Shown in pieces: positions 50,788 through 58,526 of a stretch of DNA of 61,266 nucleotides. Both the position numbers and the translations under genes were made by a program. The stretch lies in contig JALTLO010000088.1 of the NCBI GenBank assembly GCA_027001995.1, positions 1 through 61,266 on the forward strand, in the 5' to 3' direction. The notes beneath the pieces are model-generated. The model saw only the letters and a program-made list of their open reading frames with translations, was not told the DNA's origin and did no database searches. Within the stretch, counting starts at the first letter, position 1; the number at the start of each line of letters is the position of its first letter. Source of the DNA: Planctomycetota bacterium. GTDB taxonomy: Bacteria; Planctomycetota; GCA-002687715; DRQF01.

Positions 50788-52629
50788 TTAGAAGTTGATG
50801 AAAGTCGGGTTGGAAATGTAGTAATTGCCGATTCCGAGTTCGTTGGTGTAATAGCCATACATCTGGAAGACTGCGGTAAAGCCAGCGCCAGCGAGGCCTT
50901 GATTGCCACCGAATGTAATGATGTTGATGCCGGTGGAATTGGTAACCAAGGCTGGGACATAGTCGCCAATGAGTCCGGTGCTGGAAACCGCGCCGAAGTC
51001 GATGCCTGGATTCAAGATGCTTGTATGGATCGAGCCCCAAGGAGTTGGAATAGGAGTCTGGGGAGCATCGTAAGCCAAAGTTAGCAGCATGCCTGGTCGC
51101 TCTGTTTCTGTGAAGAACAAGAGGTTGCCAGTTGATGGGGTCCAGAATGTGCGGAATCGACGGGTGAATACAGTGAACTCGGCCTTTTCACCAGAGCCCA
51201 AGAGTTCAGCCTGGAAAATCGTTTCTCCAGGGGTGGTTGCGCCTCGGGCTAAGTGGCTTGCGAAACCATTGGAATCGGTCAAGACTACGCTACTTCCAGG
51301 AAGAAATGCGTTGCCTGAGAGTTTGGTGAATGCAACCGCACCACCTGAAACCGGGGCTCCTGAACCGTCAAGAACTCGCACTTGCAGGAGTTGAGGGAAG
51401 TCTTCATTTGTGTTGGCACCCTGGTAGTTACCAGCGGTGACTGCCATGCTACCTTTTGGTGCCAAGTTGAATGTTACATCCGTTGGCGTTCCAGGCTTGA
51501 AGAGAATGAGTTTGGCAGCCAGAGCTCCGCTAGCGGCTATGTCACTTTCGAAATGGAAGCTAAACATGTTGCCCCAACGAATCGCGTTGGCATTGGTGTC
51601 TGTGGCAAAGTCAACTCCAGACCAAATGATCTTGTTGTTGACGTTGTCGACGGTAGAAGTCCAGTCGGTGCCATCAAATGGTTCACCACTGTGGTAGTCC
51701 ACATCATGGAATTGAACGTTGGTGATGTTCGCCCCGGCAGGGAATTCGATTTCGAATCCGTTGGCTGAACGATCTGAGTTGATGTTCTGGATGGAAACAT
51801 CAAAACGATAACCGCCTCCAACCATGGAAGCAGAACGAATGCCAGCCCAGAAACGTCCTTCGCCGGGGACGTCGACAGGAATGACGTTAACGGCGGAGTC
51901 TAAGGCCTCCCAAGCCTCCAGTGCTGCTTGCTGCCGGTGGGTAGGCTCACCGCTGATGAGCGACATGTTATAGTCGCCACCAGAAGCCGAAACGGAAACG
52001 CGCCGCCAGGAAACACTGTCGGCGCCATTGCCACCTTGAGCTTCGTCCTGGGAAACGTACTGACCTTCAACAATATAAATGGCGCCGCCGTTTTGTGCTG
52101 GATCCAAATCTGAGGTCTTAACTTGAAGACGCTTGTAGATGCTGTTTCCCGTCATACCTTGTCCGGTGAAAGGATAAGGATAGACACCATTGAAGGCGTT
52201 CACCTCAAACTTAGGACCGAGGCCAGATTGTTGTCCGTTCAGTCCGGAGCTGTATGGGTCTGAGCAACCAACGGCCAGGTAGGTTCCGTCAGAAGGAGTG
52301 GGGCAGTTATCGCAGAGGGTTTGGCTCAAAGCGAAGAATCCATGCTTCAGCCATGATTGGCCGATTTGCTCGAAACGGCCATCCTTCATGCGAAAAGCAT
52401 GTTGACCAATAACCGGATGAAGATTGTTTCCGGCGATCCAAGAGAGGTTTGCGTCGCCGACATTACATGAGGTCGTCCCGACAGAGAAGGCGTCAATACC
52501 ACCGCTGACAGTGAAGTTAGAGATGCCGTTGAGATCGCCAACGATCACATTTGGACTTTGGGCATTGAGGTCGGCGGCAAGCAGACCAAAAAAGATACAG
52601 CAAATGGCTGCGATGGAAACAAATTTCAT
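50788..52629 (-). CDS. Secreted multidomain hypothetical protein (Cys-containing N-domain, Ig-like Big_1 domain, C-terminal beta domain)
   Basis: Signal peptide; V.D.SG.PV.G..V.F...TD.NG.A Ig-like motif; GAGGAG RBS. Confidence 0.8.
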   Translation of the reverse strand: MKFVSIAAICCIFFGLLAADLNAQSPNVIVGDLNGISNFTVSGGIDAFSVGTTSCNVGDANLSWIAGNNLHPVIGQHAFRMKDGRFEQIGQSWLKHGFFALSQTLCDNCPTPSDGTYLAVGCSDPYSSGLNGQQSGLGPKFEVNAFNGVYPYPFTGQGMTGNSIYKRLQVKTSDLDPAQNGGAIYIVEGQYVSQDEAQGGNGADSVSWRRVSVSASGGDYNMSLISGEPTHRQQAALEAWEALDSAVNVIPVDVPGEGRFWAGIRSASMVGGGYRFDVSIQNINSDRSANGFEIEFPAGANITNVQFHDVDYHSGEPFDGTDWTSTVDNVNNKIIWSGVDFATDTNANAIRWGNMFSFHFESDIAASGALAAKLILFKPGTPTDVTFNLAPKGSMAVTAGNYQGANTNEDFPQLLQVRVLDGSGAPVSGGAVAFTKLSGNAFLPGSSVVLTDSNGFASHLARGATTPGETIFQAELLGSGEKAEFTVFTRRFRTFWTPSTGNLLFFTETERPGMLLTLAYDAPQTPIPTPWGSIHTSILNPGIDFGAVSSTGLIGDYVPALVTNSTGINIITFGGNQGLAGAGFTAVFQMYGYYTNELGIGNYYISNPTFINF

Positions 52630-52820
52630 AGGTAACTCCTCGGTCGGGACAAACGTTTGTATGTAGCGCTTCAGGCAAGTCGAGTGACATTCGAAGCGCT
52701 ATTAGAAATAAACAGGGCTCAAGAAACAAACATCCAGAAATTCTTCTTTGGGCGAATTCCCCCAGATCTTTGTAAGTTGCAGCTAACCATTGAGTTATGG
52801 TCAAGAAATGCCTGTCTTAT

Positions 52821-53687
52821 TTACTCATCAGATGTGTGCTTGTTTCGGCAAATTTTGGAGAAAAGGCCGATGCCAGTCCAAACTTGGAACCAAGGCCCAA
52901 CCCTTTGGACCAAAACTTCAAAGTCAACCTGGGGTAGGTCCGCTGCTTTTTCGATGGCTTCCAGCAGGGTGCCGCCGGAATTCAAGGTTTTCAGGATGAG
53001 GTATTGGGCTTCGGAAAGGGGGGCGCGCCAGATCATGTGATCGTTGCGATAGACAAGTAACCAACTTTTCTTGGGAGGAGAGATGTCATGGTGACGATCC
53101 TCGAACTGGGCTTGAATGTATTCGTCTACTTCATGGTCCAAGGCCAAGAGTCTATGAGCCGCGATGAGATCAAGGCTCAGGTCTCCCCAGGCGTCTGGGG
53201 CAATACTTTGGAATTCCGCTGCGGAGATACTTTCCGAGTGAGTTTCGTCGAAGCAGACTTCGGATGCGCGTTCTACCCGGGCAACGTCGATCAGAAACTC
53301 CTGGTGTTTCGTTGGCGGATCCATGGATCGCAGGAACTTCACGAAGTGCTGTCCCAAAGAAGCTAAGTTTGGCGAGGTGGAAGGATACTGGTGAATGTAA
53401 CTTTTCGCGACTTGATAGAATTCGTCCTGTCCTAAGATAAATTGGCAGCAGGGAAAATCACCAGCCAATACATCGATGAGTCGCCAAAAATACATGTCGG
53501 CATAAACCCGGAGTCGATCAGTTGCGTCTAACTCGGGGCCATCCTCTACGATTTCTTGGACGGAATCTGTTGGCCAGATTTTATCGGCCTCTGGGCTGTC
53601 TACTCCGGCTTCGATTCCTTCTGGGTGGGAAACGACTTGAAGCATCCACCGTTCCAATCGCTCGAGGTCTTTGGGCTTGGTGTTCAT
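52821..53687 (-). CDS. DUF2063 family MNIO partner / peptide-recognition protein (BufC/HvfC-like)
   Basis: RL.VY..MY..RL...L..DFP, Y...YPS, G..F..FL, DVAR.E; start overlaps the DUF692 stop (ATGA). Confidence 0.88.
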   Translation of the reverse strand: MNTKPKDLERLERWMLQVVSHPEGIEAGVDSPEADKIWPTDSVQEIVEDGPELDATDRLRVYADMYFWRLIDVLAGDFPCCQFILGQDEFYQVAKSYIHQYPSTSPNLASLGQHFVKFLRSMDPPTKHQEFLIDVARVERASEVCFDETHSESISAAEFQSIAPDAWGDLSLDLIAAHRLLALDHEVDEYIQAQFEDRHHDISPPKKSWLLVYRNDHMIWRAPLSEAQYLILKTLNSGGTLLEAIEKAADLPQVDFEVLVQRVGPWFQVWTGIGLFSKICRNKHTSDE

Positions 53688-54529
53688 TTGTGAGCTGGGT
53701 CCTTGCGAAAACGACGGGCCCTCAAGACCTCTTGGTGGACTTCATCAAAACTCGGGATTTCGTCATCCCACTCCAAGAGTGTTGCGCGGTTGCCCGCCCG
53801 GTCCATGACCCACTTATAGAGCTGCCAGACCTCGTCAATCACGATGCCGTCGTGAGTATCGATGCAGTGGGTGCCTTTGTCTGTATGACCTGCCAAGTGA
53901 ATCTGCACGACCCGATCGAGAGGAATCTTGCTGAGATAATCTTCAGGTTCGAAACCGTGGTTGCGGGCGCTGACGTAGACGTTGTTGACGTCCAGCAAGA
54001 GGGCGCAATCGCTTTCCTCTGCCATCCCTGCGATGAATTCTTCTTCGCTGATGGTATTGCTGGTGAAACTCACATAGGTGGAAGGATTCTCGATGACGAG
54101 GGGCCGCTCTAGGAAGTCTTGCACTTCTTTGATTCGGCTGATGACCCATTTGAGGCTTTCCTCATTGGTTGGCACAGGGTAGAGATCATGACCATTCTTA
54201 CCGGCAACCCCGGTCCAGCATAAGTGGTCACCCATCCACTTCACTTGAAGGTCGTCAGCCAGGGCCTTGAGTTTCTTGAGGTAGTCCCAGTTGAGTGGGT
54301 CTGTGCTTCCAATGGACAAAGAGACACCATGCATCACGATGGGGTAACGCTCGGCGATTTGATCTAAGACGTAGCGGGGCCGCCCCCCGGTTTCCATGAA
54401 ATTCTCTGAGATGATTTCGAACCAGTCGATCTCTGGCCAGGTGTCTAAGATGTGTGGGAAGTGGGTTGTTCTAAGGCCGATCCCTAAGCCTAGGTCAGGA
54501 AGACCCCATTTATTTGGGATGTGCGTCAT
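53684..54529 (-). CDS. DUF692 multinuclear non-heme iron oxidative enzyme (MNIO; BufB/HvfB/MbnB family)
   Basis: G.GLR..H, EIISENFM, HGVSLSIG, DHLCW, ENPSTY, DVNNVYVS, HLAGH, IDTH, LEWD. Confidence 0.95.
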   Translation of the reverse strand: MTHIPNKWGLPDLGLGIGLRTTHFPHILDTWPEIDWFEIISENFMETGGRPRYVLDQIAERYPIVMHGVSLSIGSTDPLNWDYLKKLKALADDLQVKWMGDHLCWTGVAGKNGHDLYPVPTNEESLKWVISRIKEVQDFLERPLVIENPSTYVSFTSNTISEEEFIAGMAEESDCALLLDVNNVYVSARNHGFEPEDYLSKIPLDRVVQIHLAGHTDKGTHCIDTHDGIVIDEVWQLYKWVMDRAGNRATLLEWDDEIPSFDEVHQEVLRARRFRKDPAHK

Positions 54530-54551
54530 GATGGAGTACCGCAAGAGACAA

Positions 54552-54589
54552 CTGTGTCAGTGCCCCCATCCAGGGAGGCACGGACACAG
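54552..54589. other. Intergenic stem-loop between precursor 2 and the MNIO gene
   Basis: CTGTGTC..GTGCC...GGCAC.GACACAG imperfect inverted repeat; no clean U-tract. Confidence 0.6.
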
Positions 54590-54603
54590 CTTACTGTTTC
54601 AGA

Positions 54604-55023
54604 TCAGTGAGTGATAGGGACGCCGCAGCCACCCTTGCCTTTGCAGGAGTTTTTCCCTTTGCAACCGTTGTCGCCAGATCCGCAACCGCCTAAGCCTTTG
54701 CAGGTGTTTTGGCCTTTGCATGAGTGGGGCTTGACCGTGGCGCAGCCGCCTTTACCTTTACAGGTGTTTTTTCCGGCACAACCGGCATCACCGGCTTTGC
54801 ACCCACCCTTGCCCTTGCACGAGTTTCTTGTCTTACAGGCATGTTTCTCTAAGCCCATTTCCCATGGGCTTTTCTTGGCGGCACCACCGGCGCTTGGCTT
54901 GCTGCTTGGGGAATTTTCCGCGCCAGCTTCTTCTTTACCTTTGCAGCCCAGGGTTGCACCCGCAAGAATTCCACCAGTTGCAGCCAAAAGAGCGCGGTTA
55001 AAGTCCCGTCGTTTCATGCCCAT
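54604..55023 (-). CDS. Cys-rich RiPP precursor 2 (bufferin BufA2-like repeats) with Tat + lipoprotein signal
   Basis: MKRRDFN, hydrophobic stretch, TLG-C; four C-x3-N-x-CKG-x-GGC repeats (12 core Cys). Confidence 0.85.
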   Translation of the reverse strand: MGMKRRDFNRALLAATGGILAGATLGCKGKEEAGAENSPSSKPSAGGAAKKSPWEMGLEKHACKTRNSCKGKGGCKAGDAGCAGKNTCKGKGGCATVKPHSCKGQNTCKGLGGCGSGDNGCKGKNSCKGKGGCGVPITH

Positions 55024-55125
55024 CAGATTTCTCCAGAATTAAAAATGACTCCATGGCATCACCAAGATTTGGCAATCCCCTTGAGTCAGGATATTGGTCA
55101 GTTTCGAATTGTTTTACTTCGAATC

Positions 55126-55159
55126 AAAATAAAAGCCCCGACCGTGGGTGATCGGGGCT
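55126..55159 (-). terminator. Rho-independent terminator after precursor 1
   Basis: Minus strand AGCCCCGA...TCGGGGCT followed by TTTATTTT. Confidence 0.8.
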
Positions 55160-55170
55160 CTCAGGCAGAA

Positions 55171-55485
55171 CTACTTGCTCTTGCAGGAGCCGTTAGCCTT
55201 GCAGGAACCCTTGGCTTTGCAGCTTCCGTTGCTCTTGCAGGATGCCTTGCCCCCGACGACTTTGCAGCCCCCTTGGCCTTTGCAGGCATTCTTGCCGGCG
55301 CAGCTGTTGGCGTCGGTCTTGCAGCCGCCTTGACCCTTGCATGCGTTCTTGCCCTTGCAAGCATGGGAAGCACCACTGGCTGATCCACCGTTATCGCTAG
55401 AGCTGCAGCCCATTGTTGTCCCTGCGACGATGCCACCAACGGCGGCCAAAAGTGCTTTATTAAAATCGCGACGTTTCAAACTCAT
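55171..55485 (-). CDS. Cys-rich RiPP precursor 1 with Tat + lipoprotein signal
   Basis: LKRRDFNK, TMG-C; two C-x-GKNACKGQGGC repeats, then CKSNGS-CKAKGS-CKANGS-CKSK (10 core Cys); AGAGGA RBS. Confidence 0.85.
   Translation of the reverse strand: MSLKRRDFNKALLAAVGGIVAGTTMGCSSSDNGGSASGASHACKGKNACKGQGGCKTDANSCAGKNACKGQGGCKVVGGKASCKSNGSCKAKGSCKANGSCKSK
55181..55246 (-). repeat. Imperfect 18-bp tandem repeat encoding the CKxxGS hexapeptides
   Basis: TTGCAG recurs every 18 nt (55181, 55199, 55217, 55235). Confidence 0.7.
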
Positions 55486-55726
55486 ATCAATCCTCTAATT
55501 CTCTAACTCTCTGTAATCGACCTGGTTGGGGAGACGGAGCGCTCCTCACCAAGACCGGCAAATCCAAGTTTTGCCTTTTTACAACTAAAAGCTAAGAAAA
55601 GTAAGTCTATGATTTTTGCCAATTTTCTAAGAAAGCTTAAAAAAGTGAGTTGCTGCGACTCTCGAGACACGTTTCATTCTCTTGAAGCGTGGCCCTTCTT
55701 GCCAATTCCGGTTTGACAATCCCCAT

Positions 55727-58132
55727 TTAGACGGCGGCATTCCCTTCTAAGAGTGGTTTTCGCCGGCGATTCGACTTTCTTGGGCTCAAGGCCAAGTCGA
55801 TGACTTGGTGTACGTGTTTGACGAAGTGAAATTTCAAACCCTCACGGATGTGCTCAGCCATTTCATCCACGTCGGCCTTGTTGGCATCTGGCAAGATGAT
55901 CTCTTTGATGCCGGCCCGTTTTGCTGCCAGCACCTTTTCGTTGATACCCCCCACAGGCATGACTAAACCTCGGAGACTGATTTCTCCGGTCATGGCGATG
56001 TTCTTATTGACCGGGCGACCGGTCAACATGGAGACCAAGGCGCTCAAGATGGAGACACCAGCGGAAGGGCCGTCTTTGGGAACGGCGGCCGCAGGAAAAT
56101 GGATATGAATGTCGATCTTCTCTAAGAATCCATCCTCTAATCCTAGGACTTTCGCGTCGGCCTTAATGATGCTCATGGCAGCCTGAGCCGACTCCTGCAT
56201 GACATCCCCCAAGCGCCCAGTCAACTTCAGTCGTCCTTTGCCCGGCATTTGAGTTGCTTCGATGAACAAAATCTCACCACCAAAAGGGGTCCATGCTAAG
56301 CCAGTGGCAACACCAGGAACAGAAACACGGTTGGCCACCTCTGAGGTGAATCTCTTCTTACCCAAGAAGGTGTTGAGATCCTTTTGCTTGACAACTTGCT
56401 TTTTCGTTTCGCCCTCAACGATTCTGCGAGCAGCGATGCGTAAAATGGCTGCGATCCTCCGCCCAAGTTCTCGGACACCGGCTTCTAAGGTGTAGTTCTC
56501 AATGATGGCTTTGAGGGTGGCTGTCCCCATGCCGATTTGGGACTTCTTCAACCCGTGGTCTTTGAGGAGTTGAGGCAAGAGGTGTTTCTCGGCGATTTTT
56601 ACTTTGTCGTGGGTGGCGTAGCCAGGGATTCGGATGACTTCCATGCGGTCCTTGAGGGGGCCGGGGATGCGATCGTCCCAGTTTGCCGTGGCGATGAACA
56701 TGACCTTGGAAAGATCAAAATCTTGTTCCAAGTAGTTGTCAGAGAAGGCGGAATTCTGTTCTGGGTCCAAGACTTCTAGAAGTGCAGAGCTGGGATCGCC
56801 TCCGTGGTCTTTGCCCAATTTGTCGATTTCGTCGAGCATAAACACAGGGTTGTTGGTTCCTGCCTTCTTGAGGGCCTGCATGATACGCCCAGGAAGGGCA
56901 CCGACGTAAGTACGTCTGTGCCCACGAATCTCAGCTTCATCCCGCACGCCCCCTAAGGACATGCGAATGAACTTCCGCCCCATGGCCTCAGCGATGGATT
57001 TTCCGAGGGAGGTCTTGCCAACTCCTGGGGGGCCAACAAAACAAAGGATAGGACCACGCATGTCTTGTTTGAGCTGCCGAACAGCCAAGAACTCCAGAAT
57101 CCTGTCTTTCACCTTGTCCAAGCTGTGATGGTCCCGATCAAGAATGTCCCGAGACTTCTTGAGGTCCAAGATGTCTTCACTGGTCTTGTTCCATGGCAGA
57201 TCGAGAATCCAATCGATCCAGGTTCGCGTGACATTCCAATCAGGAGAGGAAGGGTTGATTCGACCCAAGCGCTTAAGCTCTTTCTTAGCGGCCTTGTCCA
57301 CAGCTTCTGGAAGCTGGGCTTCTTCGATTTTGGCAGCTAATTCGCCGAGGTCGTTGTCATCCGAAGACTCTCCTAACTCTTCCCGAATGGCCTCCATTTG
57401 TTGGCGCAAATAGAATTCTTTTTGGTTGCGCGTGATCTCGCTTTGAACTTGATCTTGGATTTTGGAGGAGAGTTTCATGACCTCAAGCTCTCGGACCAGA
57501 ATCTTATGGGTTTCCGTGAGCCTCTCTGTGACGTCAGCGGTGTTCAGGAGATCTTGCCGTTCTTCCAAGTCGATGGACAGGGAGGCTCCGATGAGGTCGG
57601 CCAACCCCCCAGGGGACTCGGCGTTGTGGGCCATCACCAAGTGCTCTTCTGTGAGATGCGGGACGAGTTCTGCCAACTCAGAAAACGACATCTCCAAATT
57701 CTTATTGAGAGCTTCGATCTCGACGGAACTTTCTTCAGCTTCCGGAAGAACCCGGCCTTCCGCTATCAGGGGCTTTTCCGGCTCATCGATGAAAGAATCG
57801 ACCTGAAAGCGGCTGAGACCCTGGACAATGACCGTCATGGAGCCATCTGGGACCCGCAATGTCTTGAGGATTTCGACCTCGCAGCCCACCCTGTAGAGAG
57901 CATCTGCGTCAGGGGATTCCACAGAAGGATCGATTTGGGCAATGACCAAGAGCTTGCCACTCTTTTCTTGGGCTTTTCGCACACCTTGGAGTGAGCGTTC
58001 TCGCCCCACGGTCAGGGGCATTACTTGCCCTGGAAACACCACCAAGTTGCGTAAAGGCAGGACGAAGTGCTCGGTTTGGACCGGAGTGACTTCAACTTCG
58101 GGACTGGTTTTTTCTTCGGTCTCATGACTCAT
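55727..58132 (-). CDS. lon: ATP-dependent protease La
   Basis: LPLRN.V.FP N-domain, GPPGVGKTS, DEIDK, KDGPSAG, EK.LAA. Confidence 0.97.
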   Translation of the reverse strand: MSHETEEKTSPEVEVTPVQTEHFVLPLRNLVVFPGQVMPLTVGRERSLQGVRKAQEKSGKLLVIAQIDPSVESPDADALYRVGCEVEILKTLRVPDGSMTVIVQGLSRFQVDSFIDEPEKPLIAEGRVLPEAEESSVEIEALNKNLEMSFSELAELVPHLTEEHLVMAHNAESPGGLADLIGASLSIDLEERQDLLNTADVTERLTETHKILVRELEVMKLSSKIQDQVQSEITRNQKEFYLRQQMEAIREELGESSDDNDLGELAAKIEEAQLPEAVDKAAKKELKRLGRINPSSPDWNVTRTWIDWILDLPWNKTSEDILDLKKSRDILDRDHHSLDKVKDRILEFLAVRQLKQDMRGPILCFVGPPGVGKTSLGKSIAEAMGRKFIRMSLGGVRDEAEIRGHRRTYVGALPGRIMQALKKAGTNNPVFMLDEIDKLGKDHGGDPSSALLEVLDPEQNSAFSDNYLEQDFDLSKVMFIATANWDDRIPGPLKDRMEVIRIPGYATHDKVKIAEKHLLPQLLKDHGLKKSQIGMGTATLKAIIENYTLEAGVRELGRRIAAILRIAARRIVEGETKKQVVKQKDLNTFLGKKRFTSEVANRVSVPGVATGLAWTPFGGEILFIEATQMPGKGRLKLTGRLGDVMQESAQAAMSIIKADAKVLGLEDGFLEKIDIHIHFPAAAVPKDGPSAGVSILSALVSMLTGRPVNKNIAMTGEISLRGLVMPVGGINEKVLAAKRAGIKEIILPDANKADVDEMAEHIREGLKFHFVKHVHQVIDLALSPRKSNRRRKPLLEGNAAV

Positions 58133-58153
58133 AGTTTTCTCCGCCCCAAGGAG

Positions 58154-58170
58154 CGCAAGTCATGTGCCAG
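58154..58170 (-). promoter_or_regulatory. Sigma54 (-24/-12) promoter of lon
   Basis: Minus strand CTGGCAC-ATGAC-TTGC; predicted +1 near 58143, just before the GGAG RBS. Confidence 0.72.
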
Positions 58171-58526
58171 TGGACCAAGAAAGTTAAGAGAGGAAATCGG
58201 TCTCAGTCTGGCCAGAATCTGATGTGTCAGGGTTTTTCTTCACCTCCGTGTCCCCTTGACTCAGGGACGATGCTATTGAGTTAACATTCTTTATATCAAT
58301 GCTTTGTGTCAATGATCTATCCTCATTTCCGCCACCTGGAGAGGAGGAAGCGGGGCTTGGGAGTGGGGGGCTTTCATTTAAGTTGTTGCCCATGCCCCAT
58401 CTGCCACCTGACCTTTTGACAGAGAGGAGATTTTTCCCTGTGCATTTGGCAGGAGACCGCTTGTCAGAGAGAGCCCTACGGCATACTATGGCCGAACGAC
58501 TGTAAGTTCTTTAGGTTTATGTCTTT

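Noticed and set aside
54510..54606. Selenocysteine read-through of the precursor-2 TGA, since a hairpin follows it
   Set aside because: The TGA is not at a Cys position of the repeat, and the read-through peptide (SETVSCVRASLDG...) has no repeat character and runs out of frame into the MNIO gene; the hairpin is better explained as an mRNA stability element
54604..55485. Repeats as a CRISPR array or simple metallothionein genes
   Set aside because: The repeats are codon-periodic with synonymous variation and no spacers; export signals and the adjacent MNIO/DUF2063 genes indicate RiPP precursors
58184..58505. Small ORFs between lon and the sulfatase-like gene
   Set aside because: Low complexity and no RBS; the region is better explained as a divergent promoter
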